A DNA stretch of 64,000 nucleotides from Myxococcota bacterium (GTDB taxonomy: Bacteria; Myxococcota_A; SURF-8), in the NCBI GenBank assembly GCA_965140415.1, contig OZ223209.1:2080001-2144000 (forward strand), read 5' to 3'. Below the pieces are notes generated by a model. That model saw only the letters and a list, made by a program, of their open reading frames with translations. It did not search any database and had not been told where the DNA came from. This document shows, one piece after another, positions 1-13,342 of this stretch; the first letter of the stretch is position 1, and each line of letters opens with the position of its first letter. Position numbers and translations under genes: made by a program.

Positions 1-11
1 GGAGAAACAAG

Positions 12-2180
12 ATGAAACGAAAAAACGTCCATAACATCGGAATGTGGTTATTGCTGTTGTTGTTATTGGGACTTTCTGCCTGTTCCAGCGGAGGGGATGT
101 CGAGTTTACGGACGGCGACATTGATTCCAGTTCAGATGGCGACACGGAATCCATTACAGACGGCGATACGAATGAAAATGCTGAACTCGGCATCGTTTAC
201 TATGAATGCGGTAACGGTTCCAACGACGGCAACCCGAAAAAGATCGATATCGTCCTGCGTCTGGCGGACTTTGCTCCTTCCGAGCAAGCTGTTCAGTGGG
301 AACAGGTTTTAGTGACGCTTCATAAGGTGATTTTGCAGGATGTGGAACATTGTGGGACTCAGCAAGGAGAAAGCCTGGAACCCCAGCAGGGAGATGTACG
401 GCTGGACATGGCTACGGAAGAAAAAGAAGGACTACGCTTGTATCCCGATGGGACGCAGTATTGCAGCCTTCGACTGGATATGAAGGATTATTTCTCTTTT
501 GAAGCGCGGGGGAGAACGCCGGATGGGGCGGGAGTCTCGATCGTTGGGACTTTGCCCGATGTGGTGTTTCAACTACCCGATGCACAACTGTTCCAAACGG
601 ATCTCGAAAGCTGGTTGCTCCTGCTCGATTCCCGTTTCATCATGCCGCTCTCAGATTTGGAGGGTGCACATCAGGGAACAGACGGCTGGTACCGCTTCAA
701 TTCTGAATCGAACGTGGTGTGGATGGAGAAGGTGGTCGAGCGTATCGCCCAGGGCTTCATGCTGGTTCGCGATCTGGATGAGGATGGCGAGTTGGACGAA
801 GAAGAGAATACGGGAGAGAATATCCTTTATGATGGGCGCAATCAACAATGGATGCAGAGTCCCGAAATTCAGGTGCAAAGCGAAGTCAATTTCGGTGCAG
901 TGGACGTTGGTTTGATGGCATCGAGGGAACTTGAGATCATCAATGTCGGAGAAGGAATGTTAACAATTTACGGAATGGAAATATCGCCATCTGAAAGCGG
1001 CGAGTTTTACATTGCCTACGAATCGTCACAACCGCTGATTCCGAATATCCCACCAAACGAATATGAAATCGTTACGATTCATTTAATACCTGTGAGGCCC
1101 GGACATCATGAAGCCGATTTGGTGATCGCTAGCAACGATCCGAACCAGCCACTTACCCACGTGCGCTTGCATAATGAATGCAAGGGTTTGAGTGATGTCG
1201 TAGTGTCTCCCTCTTCGGTCGATTTTGGTTCGGTGGCAATTGGAAATGAAGTTTCTCGACGCATCGAGCTGATGAATTACAGCTCGGACATGTGCACCGA
1301 TCTTAGGATAGACGGCTTTTCCATCGAACCGGAAGGTGTGTTCGAGGTTGTGAATGCTGATGCCATCGGTATGACTCTAGAGCCCTTTGCTTCCACGTTC
1401 GCAGATATCCGTTATCGTCCAACTCAACTCGGAGAAGACAGCGCAGTGCTGACGATTTCCTATTACAGTGACGGTCAGACCCGTCAGGAAACGGTCCCAC
1501 TTTCCGGCCAAGGGGGGCAGGGATGCTTGGCAATGGCTCCTGCCTTTCTCGAATTCGGTCATGTCGCGATTCGAGACACGAAAAATCTACAGCTTGAGTT
1601 GTCGAATCCATGCGCTGAAGCATTGACTTTCTGCGGATTCAGCGTGGGTGATCTGACTCCTGGGATGGGTGTCATTGACATCCAGGACTCCAATGGTCTG
1701 GCAAATTCGGTGTTGCAGCCTGCCGAAAGCGGAGTGATCCAGGTGAGTTGTACACCCTACATTTCAGAAGAAATCCAGACCGACATCTCGATTTGCATCG
1801 AGAACGATGCGAATTCCCCCTACAAGGTTCCGGTAACCTGCAATGGTGTCAGCGGACTCGTAACAACACCAGACTCGCTTGATTTCGGCACAGTGTCGAT
1901 AGCTGCGACAAAAACGATGGCTTTTACAATTCGAAATGTGGGTGATGGTAATGTTACGATCCACAGTATTGCTTTGGAAGAGCAGCTTCAGACGTCTTCT
2001 TTCAGCATTCAATTTTCCTCTGAACTGCCGTTCGTGCTCGCTAGCGGTGAATCTGAAACAGTAGAGGTTAGGTTCGCTCCTGTGGATGGACTCTTGCATG
2101 AAAACCAGGTGGTCATCTTGTCTAACGATTCGGAGCATCCCATCCTTCGAGTGCCGGTGAAAGCCCAGGGTGGTAACTAA
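12..2180 (+). CDS. Lipoprotein with acidic DGD linker and multiple Ig-like choice-of-anchor D/ASH-type repeats
   Basis: Lipobox LSAC; DGD-rich segment; four repeats of the type vdFGxVxig...xNxGxgxLxI...SND in the C-terminal half; GGAG RBS upstream. Confidence 0.7.
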   Translation: MKRKNVHNIGMWLLLLLLLGLSACSSGGDVEFTDGDIDSSSDGDTESITDGDTNENAELGIVYYECGNGSNDGNPKKIDIVLRLADFAPSEQAVQWEQVLVTLHKVILQDVEHCGTQQGESLEPQQGDVRLDMATEEKEGLRLYPDGTQYCSLRLDMKDYFSFEARGRTPDGAGVSIVGTLPDVVFQLPDAQLFQTDLESWLLLLDSRFIMPLSDLEGAHQGTDGWYRFNSESNVVWMEKVVERIAQGFMLVRDLDEDGELDEEENTGENILYDGRNQQWMQSPEIQVQSEVNFGAVDVGLMASRELEIINVGEGMLTIYGMEISPSESGEFYIAYESSQPLIPNIPPNEYEIVTIHLIPVRPGHHEADLVIASNDPNQPLTHVRLHNECKGLSDVVVSPSSVDFGSVAIGNEVSRRIELMNYSSDMCTDLRIDGFSIEPEGVFEVVNADAIGMTLEPFASTFADIRYRPTQLGEDSAVLTISYYSDGQTRQETVPLSGQGGQGCLAMAPAFLEFGHVAIRDTKNLQLELSNPCAEALTFCGFSVGDLTPGMGVIDIQDSNGLANSVLQPAESGVIQVSCTPYISEEIQTDISICIENDANSPYKVPVTCNGVSGLVTTPDSLDFGTVSIAATKTMAFTIRNVGDGNVTIHSIALEEQLQTSSFSIQFSSELPFVLASGESETVEVRFAPVDGLLHENQVVILSNDSEHPILRVPVKAQGGN

Positions 2181-2230
2181 ACATTCAACTAAAACCTCTG
2201 TTCTTTTCCAACTTATAATGCCGATTCCTC

Positions 2231-2259
2231 TTGACGCCGGGCCGAACTCTGTTTACGTT
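2231..2259 (+). promoter_or_regulatory. Putative sigma70 promoter
   Basis: TTGACG-17 nt-TACGTT upstream of the metallophosphoesterase gene. Confidence 0.35.
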
Positions 2260-2316
2260 TTGTTAGGATTCTGTTAGGAAACGATGAGCTTGCCCTGGTT
2301 GTATGGAGGTATTGGG

Positions 2317-4020
2317 ATGGAAATTTGGATAAAGTCGTGTGTTTTCTGTGCGTTAGTAATCCTGCTCGGATTCGGAGTGGTAGCCTGTTCCGACGATGAG
2401 CAGGATTTTTTTGGTGACATGGAATACGAAGACGGTGATGGCGATATCGATGGCGACAGTGATATGGAGACCGTGCCGCAATTGGTAGCTGTGACGACAG
2501 TCAGCAGAACGCTGGTGCCTGTTGAAGAGCTGGAAGATGGTTTGTGCGCGGAACCGGAAGACAAGCTTTATTGCGAAAATCCGGCGGTATCCCTGCAAGA
2601 TCTGACACCATATGAAAATGTGGGCATGGGCGAATGGGAGGAAGCAGAAGGTCTTCCATTCACGTTATACGAGGATCTGGTAGACACCTCTGCCGACGAC
2701 AGATCTCCTCGTTCTCTGCTCGTCTGGGCACAACTTTCCGATGTTCACATCACCGATGAAGAGTCTCCGATTCGCATCGGTCTCTTCGACAATCAATCCG
2801 CACCGGGTGGTTTGCGCACGCAAGATCCTTACTCCCTGCATCTATTGGATGCCGCAGTCAATACGATCAATGCATTTAACGAAATCCATCCCATCGATCT
2901 CGTCATGGTGACCGGCGATATCAGTGACAGCATGCAGAAAAATGAAATCGAGAACGCAATCGCAGTGCTTACGGGAGGTCCGGTCGATCCCGACAGCGGC
3001 GCGGATGACGATCCAGTTGCGGGAGAGGGAAACGATCCGCAAGATCCGTTTACGGCTGTCGGTTTGGGTGAAATTCCCTTGTTGACGGTGCTGGGAAATC
3101 ATGACGAGGCGATTATCGGTACCACGGCGCTTTCCGATGGCGCCATCGAAGATGCGATGGGCGACAACGCCAAAGGCGGCACGCGAAATGGCCAGAGCTA
3201 TGAATTGGTTACGGGCGAGGTCGTGGCGGATGCCGAGCGCAAGCCGTTACTGCATAATGAACTCATTCAGGCTTTCTATAACGCGCCCGGATTGCCGCAA
3301 GGACATGGTTTTTCGGACCAACATGCCGACGACGACCAAGGCTACTTCGTCTATGATCCCAGCGAGGATGTCCCGCTACGCATTATCGCGTTGGACACTG
3401 GTTATCGTCCGCAGCCTTGGGGGCCGGAAGGTCAACTTAGCTATGCGGAAGGAGTGCTGGATCGCGTGCAGATCGATGATTTCCTGATTCCGGAATTGGA
3501 TCGTGCACAAGAAGAAAAGAAACTGGTTTTCGTCGTTGCACATCATCCGTTAGGCGATATCGGCGACGATGGTTTCCCTGAGCGCTATGCCAAGGGCGAT
3601 GAAGTGGAAAATATCCTGTTCGAATATCCGAACGTTGTGTTGTATCTGGCAGGACATCGACACGAGAACGATATGATCGTGCACGCCAATCCGGACGGCG
3701 GCGGATTTTTCGAAGTGCATACGGCTTCGTTGATCGATTGGCCGCAGCAGTTCCGGATGTTCGAACTGGCTGATAATGGTGACGGAACGCTGTCTGTGTT
3801 CTCGGCGGCAGTCGATCACCAGGAAGAGGTTGGGTCATTCGCAGAAACGGCGCGCCGCCTGTCGCTGATCGACATTCAGTCGGGTTGGGGAGAAGGTGAC
3901 GCCGGTATGCCGGAAGTGGGCAACGTCGAACTCGTCTGGCCGATTCCAGCCGCACTACAAGACAGCATCGCGCAGTGTCCTGCCGCATCGGACACCATGA
4001 TGTCTCAGCAGGTTTGGTAG
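2317..4020 (+). CDS. Lipoprotein, calcineurin-like metallophosphoesterase
   Basis: Lipobox VVAC; motifs SDVH, TGD, GNHD, HH, AGHRH; start chosen at the ATG after GGAGG (ORF track starts at 2284). Confidence 0.8.
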   Translation: MEIWIKSCVFCALVILLGFGVVACSDDEQDFFGDMEYEDGDGDIDGDSDMETVPQLVAVTTVSRTLVPVEELEDGLCAEPEDKLYCENPAVSLQDLTPYENVGMGEWEEAEGLPFTLYEDLVDTSADDRSPRSLLVWAQLSDVHITDEESPIRIGLFDNQSAPGGLRTQDPYSLHLLDAAVNTINAFNEIHPIDLVMVTGDISDSMQKNEIENAIAVLTGGPVDPDSGADDDPVAGEGNDPQDPFTAVGLGEIPLLTVLGNHDEAIIGTTALSDGAIEDAMGDNAKGGTRNGQSYELVTGEVVADAERKPLLHNELIQAFYNAPGLPQGHGFSDQHADDDQGYFVYDPSEDVPLRIIALDTGYRPQPWGPEGQLSYAEGVLDRVQIDDFLIPELDRAQEEKKLVFVVAHHPLGDIGDDGFPERYAKGDEVENILFEYPNVVLYLAGHRHENDMIVHANPDGGGFFEVHTASLIDWPQQFRMFELADNGDGTLSVFSAAVDHQEEVGSFAETARRLSLIDIQSGWGEGDAGMPEVGNVELVWPIPAALQDSIAQCPAASDTMMSQQVW

Positions 4021-4054
4021 AGTTTTACGAAACTGAAACGGAAAGCGGCGCTGC

Positions 4055-6476
<2,422 letters not shown>

Positions 6477-6480
<4 letters not shown>

Positions 6481-7673
6481 AGCGATTCTGGTTCCTCGGG
6501 GATTTTTTGTCTGCGAGGGAAGAAGTCCAGGTAATAGTTGATCAGCCGACGCGCCAGCTTTTCCGCCGAATACAATTCGCTGACCCGACGGGCTTCCGCG
6601 CTGGCCTTTTCCAGATCCAGTTCCAGTGCTTTGCTCAGCGCCTTCTTCAGTTCGCTGCTTCCCGCCTGCTGGAACAAAACCGAGCAGCCCGGCGACAGCA
6701 CTTCCGGAATCGCTCCCACCGCAGGAGCGACCAGAGGTTTGCCAAAGCTCAACGCCAGCATCATCGAACCGGAGTTGAGCACGTCTTTAAAGGGCATCAC
6801 GAAAATATCTGCTGCCTGGAGGTAATATTGCAAATCGTCGCGGGAGACGTAGCGCAGGAACGTGTGAACGTTGTCGTACTGGGCGCATAACCCTTCGATA
6901 GTTGCAGCATAGTGCTTGTTGGACGGGTTGCCCGCAACGATCAGTGTATGTTCCTTCAACGGATGTTTTCCGAATAGGGGGATTACGTCGGTCAGTCCTT
7001 TGTATGGGTGAATTCCGCCGAAGCAGATAAAAACTTTCCCCTTTGGACGGATACCCAGGTAGTCCCAGGCTTGCCGTTTGGAAACCTGTTTCGGGAAATA
7101 CCCCTGGAAATTGTGATGCGGCAGGTGCACCACTTTCCAGTCCGGCAGTGTGGGATAGCGTTCCAACAGCAGGTTACGGGTTGTGTTGGACGGGCAGAGG
7201 ATTTTATCTGCCTGATGGAACATCATCTTGCGTCCCAACCGCTCCAGTCGCTGGCTGCTGAAGTTTCCTTTCGGCTCATTGTAGAGTGTCCAGAAAAGCT
7301 TCATCCCCATTTTTTTGGCAACGGTCAGATTGAAGAAGCGTTTGGCGAAGTGTTCGGCCTGGTGCAGCATCTCCGGCGATGCAAAGGGGCTGGTATATTC
7401 CTCGATGTTGAAGATATGCAGAATATCGTGTTTGGGTGCCAGTCGCAGCAGTTCGCCACTGTCCAGGCTGTGCAGCATCGTGACTTTGCCGCCCAGGTTT
7501 TCGATCTGATCGCGAGTTACAACAAGGAATGGATTCTGCTCGGCAGCCGGGTACATCAGTACGCGCACTACGGGACGCTGACTGCGCAGTACAGCCACCT
7601 TTTCTCGAAACCAGTTGTTGACTTTGATCAAACTTTGAACGGTTTCGGTTTTGCTTTTCCGATGGTTTGTCAT
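6477..7673 (-). CDS. Glycosyltransferase family 4
   Basis: FGGIHPYKG, AADIFVMPF, SGSMMLALSFGKP; 4-nt overlap with the next GT gene. Confidence 0.8.
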
Positions 7674-7693
7674 CGTCCACTTCCAGTCACAGG

Positions 7694-9685
7694 CTATAGT
7701 TCACGGCAGAGGTGGTACCCCTGCTGGATGGCATTAAAGGCATCTCGTACGGATACCGCATCACCAACCGTGATGGTGGTTCCACTGAAATCTTTCGCGA
7801 AATCCTCCAAAGGATTATAGGACGACATGCCTGCCGCCAGCACCACGGTGTCTGCTTTGAGCCGCTGTTCTCCATTCTGGGTTTCCAGAATCAGTTCGTT
7901 ATTTTCATAACCGATTGCCTTGGCATCGGTAATCGTTTCAACGCCGGTCTCACCGATTTCTTTAATGGCTACCCATTTGGTTGATTTTCCAATGCCGTTT
8001 CCGACCTTGGAGAGCATCTCGACGATGGTGACCTTTTTCGTTCCGTGCCAGAGCATGTCTCGAATGATCGCCGGATCTTCGGCGTTATGCTTCAACAAGA
8101 AGGCGGCGGTATCCGATGAGATGGTGCCCATGTGCGCCACCATCAACGCCGTTTCAACTCCGATAGGACCACCGCCGATGATCGCGACCTGATCTCCCAG
8201 TGAAGCGCGATTTTCCAGTACGTCGATGGCTGAAACCACGCGATCCTCGGGTAATCCGGGAATCGTCAAGTGAATCGGTTTCGCGCCTGTAGCGATGATC
8301 AGCACATCCGGTGAAAACGCTTCGATTTCCGCCGGGGTGGCTTCTTTGTTAAGAAGAATCTTCACTCCCATGCTTTCCGCCTGGTGTGCCAGGCCAGGAA
8401 TCATTCCTGCCCATTCTTCTTTGTCGGGAATCGTCAGGCAGGCCAGAATCTGGCCACCCAACTGTTCGCGTTTCTCCATCAGCGTGACCTGATGACCGCG
8501 TTCGGCGGCGGTGATCGCCGCAGACAATCCACCGGGACCACCACCCACGACCAGCACTTTCTTGGCAGTGGCAGCAGGGGTTACCGGGTTGGCTTCGTGA
8601 CCGGCACGGGGATTGACCATGCAGGATACCTGCTTCAATTCGAATACTTTATCCAGGCAGCCCTGGTTGCAGGCGATGCAGTGAATGATGGCGTCGCTTT
8701 CGCCGCGTTCGGCTTTTTGCGGCCAGTAAGGATCGGAAATAAGCGAGCGGCCCAGGCTGATCATGTCGCACCAGCCTTCGGAAATCAGTCGTTCGGCCAA
8801 TTCAGGGGTCGTAATGCGATTCGCTGCGGCGACCGGCGTTTTGACCTGGCGCTTGATGTTCCGTGCCAGATAGGCATAGCCTGCGTTTGGCAGCGCACCC
8901 GTAATCTGCGGAATACGCGACTCGTGCCAGCCGCCGGTGACGTTGTACATGGCCACGCCGATTTCGCTCAGCATAGCGGCAAAGCGAGCATTTTCCTTAT
9001 TGGTATTGCTGTCAGGAACGAAATCATTTCCGGCCAGGCGCACGCCCACCGGGAAATCGGGACCGACTTCCTTCATGACCGCCTGCACGACTTCCAGACC
9101 GAAGCGCGCCCGGTTTTCGAAGGAGCCGCCGTATTCGTCGGTGCGTTGATTGGTCAGCGGCGAAAGGAACTGGTTGACCAGATATCCGGCGGAGCAGATC
9201 ACCTCGACGATGTCGAAACCGGCTTCTTTGGCGCGACGGGCGGCGTCTGCGAAATGCTGGACGGTCTGCTTGATTTCATCGATCGTCATCTCCCGCGACA
9301 TTTCTCGGGTAAGGGGACTCATCGTGGCCGAGGCGGATGGTGCTGGTTTGCCGCCGGTGAAGAAACTGTAAGTGTAGCGCCCGGCGTGATACAATTGCGT
9401 ACCGCAGTAGGCTCCCTCTTCGTGAATGGCGGCGGTCAGTTTTTTTAAGCCGTCGATAAATTTATCGTGATTCAGACCGATCATGAATTCGGCTCCGGCT
9501 TCCGGATCGATGGGGCAGCCGCCAACGATAATCAGTCCTACACCGCCTTTGGCGCGTAAACGGTAGAATTCAACCAGTGTGTCGTTAGCGAAGCCGTCCG
9601 GGGTGAAATTCATGTGCATGGCGGGCATCACGATGCGATTGCGCAGAGTCAGCGGACCAACATTTATCGGCGAAAACAGTTTCAT
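7694..9685 (-). CDS. NADH:flavin oxidoreductase, 2,4-dienoyl-CoA reductase (FadH)-like
   Basis: OYE barrel (RNRIVMPAM, QLYHAGR, NQRTDEYGGS), Fe-S motif CIACNQGC..C, two Rossmann GGGP motifs. Confidence 0.88.
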   Translation of the reverse strand: MKLFSPINVGPLTLRNRIVMPAMHMNFTPDGFANDTLVEFYRLRAKGGVGLIIVGGCPIDPEAGAEFMIGLNHDKFIDGLKKLTAAIHEEGAYCGTQLYHAGRYTYSFFTGGKPAPSASATMSPLTREMSREMTIDEIKQTVQHFADAARRAKEAGFDIVEVICSAGYLVNQFLSPLTNQRTDEYGGSFENRARFGLEVVQAVMKEVGPDFPVGVRLAGNDFVPDSNTNKENARFAAMLSEIGVAMYNVTGGWHESRIPQITGALPNAGYAYLARNIKRQVKTPVAAANRITTPELAERLISEGWCDMISLGRSLISDPYWPQKAERGESDAIIHCIACNQGCLDKVFELKQVSCMVNPRAGHEANPVTPAATAKKVLVVGGGPGGLSAAITAAERGHQVTLMEKREQLGGQILACLTIPDKEEWAGMIPGLAHQAESMGVKILLNKEATPAEIEAFSPDVLIIATGAKPIHLTIPGLPEDRVVSAIDVLENRASLGDQVAIIGGGPIGVETALMVAHMGTISSDTAAFLLKHNAEDPAIIRDMLWHGTKKVTIVEMLSKVGNGIGKSTKWVAIKEIGETGVETITDAKAIGYENNELILETQNGEQRLKADTVVLAAGMSSYNPLEDFAKDFSGTTITVGDAVSVRDAFNAIQQGYHLCREL

Positions 9686-10023
9686 ATAACGTCATCCTTC
9701 GAAGCAGGGGTTAGACATAATTACTTCACGAAACCTACCATAGCCGAAGTGGAAAGTAAAGATTGCGACTGCACCTTCCAGGGCCATGTTTCCCTTCCTT
9801 TCGAGGTGATTATTGACTGTTTCAAGCTCGACTTGCAAGGTCTTTATGGCAGTTCGAAAGACAAGTTCACAGCGGAAAGGTTTTTGAGGTTTCAAATCGG
9901 TGCGCGTGGTTTGCTTTCCTTTTAGGCTTTGGCTATAGTTCACACGAAGGAGACCTGTTTCGAATGAGAGTCTGGTGATTCGAGACGATCCGAGAGACTT
10001 GGAGTTCAACTGGGAAGGAGCGA

Positions 10024-10749
10024 TTGGTGAAACTTTATTTGAAAGTGGATCACGTAGCGGGTATGCGATCCGCCGGTGGCGGACGAGAGCCGGAGCCTGC
10101 CGTGGCGGCGGCATTGGCCGAATTGGAAGGGATCGAGGGCGTCACCATTCATCTGCATTCCGATCGGGCTTACGTTAAACTGCGTGATATCCAAGTGCTC
10201 AAAGAAACGCTTTCGGTTCCCCTGAACCTTGAATTGGCTGCCAGCAATAAAAACCGCGAGCATGCCTTCGATTTGCGTCCGCAGTCCGTGACCTTGGTGC
10301 AGGAACCGAAAGACGTTAAATCCGATCGCTGGCCGCTGGATGGCAAGGAACGGGAACCGGTTGGGGCCTTTGTTTCCGCACTTAAAGAAGCGGATATCCT
10401 CCCCGGTTTGTTGGTAAAACCTTCCATCGATGCCGTTCGTTGGGCGCATAAAGTCGGGGCGGCGGTGGCGGTTATCGATACGGTTCCGTTTACACAGGCG
10501 AAAACCAGAAAAGAACAGGAAGACCAGTACCGGCGACTTTCGGACTGCGTCCGCTTGTGCACTAAATTGGGAATGGAGCCGCATGCCGGAGGCGGCATCG
10601 ACTATCGGAATATCCAGTATGTTGCCAAGTTGCCGTTTGTCGCGCTGCACGTCGGGCACGCCATTGTGGCCCGCTCGTTATTGGTCGGCATCCGCGAAGC
10701 GGTGTCGGATATGCTTTCGTTAATGGAACGTGCGAGGATTCGGTCATGA
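10024..10749 (+). CDS. pdxJ: Pyridoxine 5'-phosphate synthase-like protein with degenerate active site
   Basis: Collinear with PdxJ (VDHVA, GVTIHL, LNLE, VGHAIVAR) and upstream of nnr, but several conserved residues are changed. Confidence 0.7.
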   Translation: MVKLYLKVDHVAGMRSAGGGREPEPAVAAALAELEGIEGVTIHLHSDRAYVKLRDIQVLKETLSVPLNLELAASNKNREHAFDLRPQSVTLVQEPKDVKSDRWPLDGKEREPVGAFVSALKEADILPGLLVKPSIDAVRWAHKVGAAVAVIDTVPFTQAKTRKEQEDQYRRLSDCVRLCTKLGMEPHAGGGIDYRNIQYVAKLPFVALHVGHAIVARSLLVGIREAVSDMLSLMERARIRS

Positions 10750-12449
10750 CAATTAGGTTGGCCACCGCAGCGCAGATGCGCGAAATGGACCGGGTAACCA
10801 TCGAAGAACGCGGTATTGCCGGTGTAGATTTGATGGAAGCCGCCGGGGAAGGCACTTTCCTTGGAATGCAGCAAATCGGGATTCCCGAAGGGGAGATCGC
10901 GATTTTGTGCGGCAGCGGCAATAACGGCGGAGACGGTTTCGTGGTGGCCCGTCACTTGAAGCAGGCTTGGTACAATCCGGTTGTGTATTTGCTGACTGAT
11001 CCCAAAAAGCTAAAGGGCGATGCCCTTACGAATTTCAAGCGCCTGCCCAAAGATGTCGAAACCCTAAAAGTTACAGCAAAAACATTCCCTAAACTCTCCC
11101 GTCGCATACAGCAGTCAACCTGTATTGTAGACGGACTATTGGGTACCGGCTTGCAGCGCGAAGTACAAGGCTTGTATGCGGATGTGATCCGAGTGGCAAA
11201 CGCAGCGGGCGCGTTGCGTATCGCCATCGATATTCCCTCCGGGTTGAATTCCGATACCGGACAGATTATGGGCGTGGTTTTCGATGCGCATCATACGTTT
11301 ACCTACGGCCTGATGAAATTGGGAATGGCGCTTCAACCCGGCGCGAGTCTGTGTGGCGGGCGACATGTGGTGGATATCGGAATTCCGGCGGATGTCGTCA
11401 GGCAGGTCGGAATCTGCGGGGAAGAAATGGAGGAATCCGACTGTATCCGGTGGCTGCGACATCGGGCCTATCTCGCGCACAAACAGTATGTAGATGGTAT
11501 CTGCGTACCGGTGGATACGACGATTCCTGAGGAGCTTTACGAAGAAGAAAACTTGTCCGGAATATTTGATTATGTCGATCGAATGACGCTCCGGGTGGTC
11601 GATTCTCACAAAGGAACGTACGGCCACCTTATGCTAATGGCGGGATCGCCGGGAAAAAGCGGAGCGGCGATTCTAGCGGCGGGTGCCGGGTTGCGCTCCG
11701 GCGTGGGGTTGCTTACTTGCGTAACGGATGCCCAGACGCAGGCAGGCTTGCTTTGCGTGTACCCGGAAGCCATGAGCGAGCTTCACCCCTCATTCCTAAA
11801 AAAAGATCACCTTACAATCTACCGGAAGCTGCGAGAAGGAAAAACGGCACTGGCTGTAGGGCCGGGATTCGGCATTTCCATCAGCAATCATGATGGGTTG
11901 GAGTTCCTGCTAGAAGAATGGTCCGATTTGCCTGCGGTGGTGGATGCCGATGCGCTGACCATGCTGAATGGAAACAGTTTGAATGTGTATCGGGATCGAG
12001 CAAAAAAGGGTGGGGTGACGGTGTTGACGCCGCATCCTGGCGAGGCGGCGTATTTACTGGAAACGACTGCCGCCGACATTCAGGCGGATCGACCGCGCGC
12101 CGCTGCTGAACTGGCGGAGCGTACCCAGGCGATTGTCGTTCTGAAAGGAGCGGGAACGCTGATCACGACGCCGGACGGTTATCACACGATTTGTCCTTTC
12201 GGCAATCCCGGAATGGCGACGGGCGGCATGGGCGATGTGCTGACCGGTTTATTGGGTGGCTTGATCGCAGGTGGCGGCGATGTGTTGCAAAATGTGAAAT
12301 TCGGTGTGTGTCTGCACGCTTGCGCCGGGGATCTGGCTGCGCAAGCCTATGGCCAGCATGGACTGATCGCCGGGGATGTCGTTCAGGGAATCGGAACGGT
12401 TTGGCAGATGTGGGAGTCGGGAGAATATGTTTCGAATTCGGACGAATAG
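10746..12449 (+). CDS. nnr: Bifunctional NAD(P)HX epimerase/dehydratase
   Basis: GSGNNGGDG, DGLLGTG, DIPSG, SHKGTYG, VDADAL, LTPHPGEA, GGMGDVL. Confidence 0.93.
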   Translation: MTIRLATAAQMREMDRVTIEERGIAGVDLMEAAGEGTFLGMQQIGIPEGEIAILCGSGNNGGDGFVVARHLKQAWYNPVVYLLTDPKKLKGDALTNFKRLPKDVETLKVTAKTFPKLSRRIQQSTCIVDGLLGTGLQREVQGLYADVIRVANAAGALRIAIDIPSGLNSDTGQIMGVVFDAHHTFTYGLMKLGMALQPGASLCGGRHVVDIGIPADVVRQVGICGEEMEESDCIRWLRHRAYLAHKQYVDGICVPVDTTIPEELYEEENLSGIFDYVDRMTLRVVDSHKGTYGHLMLMAGSPGKSGAAILAAGAGLRSGVGLLTCVTDAQTQAGLLCVYPEAMSELHPSFLKKDHLTIYRKLREGKTALAVGPGFGISISNHDGLEFLLEEWSDLPAVVDADALTMLNGNSLNVYRDRAKKGGVTVLTPHPGEAAYLLETTAADIQADRPRAAAELAERTQAIVVLKGAGTLITTPDGYHTICPFGNPGMATGGMGDVLTGLLGGLIAGGGDVLQNVKFGVCLHACAGDLAAQAYGQHGLIAGDVVQGIGTVWQMWESGEYVSNSDE

Positions 12450-12903
12450 TGCAGAAGAAACGCAGCGCATGGGCCGGGAATTGGCCGCACTGCTGCGAGC
12501 CGGAGATGTGCTGGGCCTGATCGGCAGTCTGGGTGCCGGCAAAACGACGCTGGTGCAGGGCATTGCACGAGGGTTGTCATTGCCGGATGGCATTTATGTC
12601 AACTCGCCGACCTTTACCATTGTGAACGACTATCCAACCACACCGCCTCTGATTCACTTCGATTTTTACCGCATCAGCGACCCGGAGGAATTGTACGAAA
12701 TCGGCTTTGACGATGCTTCCCGCTCCGAAGCGATCTGCGTGGTGGAATGGCTGGACAGCGTACCCGATGCCGGATTGGATACGTACCTGCGGATTGAAAT
12801 CGATGGCGACGACGAAACGCGCGAGTTCCGCCTGATTCCCATCGGCGAGGACTGGCAGGGACGCCTGGATGGATGGAGCATGGCGCAGCGTGAGGCATCG
12901 TGA
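12427..12903 (+). CDS. tsaE: tRNA threonylcarbamoyladenosine biosynthesis ATPase
   Basis: GSLGAGKTT, VNSPTF, HFDFYR, VEW; overlaps the nnr end. Confidence 0.93.
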   Translation: MFRIRTNSAEETQRMGRELAALLRAGDVLGLIGSLGAGKTTLVQGIARGLSLPDGIYVNSPTFTIVNDYPTTPPLIHFDFYRISDPEELYEIGFDDASRSEAICVVEWLDSVPDAGLDTYLRIEIDGDDETREFRLIPIGEDWQGRLDGWSMAQREAS

Positions 12904-13328
12904 GGGAGCGCACCTGGATTGCATTGCTGATTCTGGCTGCGCTTCTAGGGTATTTCATCGGGTATGAACAAGGGAGCAAGCGACTGCCGCCGGTTGCCGT
13001 CGAGAAAGAGGCAACACAGAAAATCGAGCCGCCTTTGCCTGCTGCCGAACCGATATCACAGCGGTTATCCGATTCTTCCAAGCCTGCCACTGAGCGGCAC
13101 GATTCGAAAACGACATCCAAATTGGAAGTAAAGGTCAATCCCAATACCGCCACGATAGGACAACTCACCGATTTGCCCGGTATCGGACCGGTGCTGGCTG
13201 GTCGCATCGTTGCGTCTCGCGAAAAGCTGGGAGCATTTAAAAATCTCTCCGATTTGCAGCGCGTGCAAGGCATCGGACCCAAGCTACTGGAAAAGATCAC
13301 ACCCTTTGTGGTGGTAGGGGAAGAGTAG
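12900..13328 (+). CDS. ComEA-family helix-hairpin-helix DNA-binding protein
   Basis: N-terminal TM segment; VNPNTAT..LPGIGP...F..LSDL.RVQGIG. Confidence 0.85.
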   Translation: MRERTWIALLILAALLGYFIGYEQGSKRLPPVAVEKEATQKIEPPLPAAEPISQRLSDSSKPATERHDSKTTSKLEVKVNPNTATIGQLTDLPGIGPVLAGRIVASREKLGAFKNLSDLQRVQGIGPKLLEKITPFVVVGEE

Positions 13329-13342
13329 CGCTACTCCCCCGA

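Noticed and set aside
8384-9448. Long antisense ORFs (also 40233-41246, 25940-26833, 7008-7820)
   Set aside because: Opposite-strand shadows of well-supported genes in GC-rich DNA.
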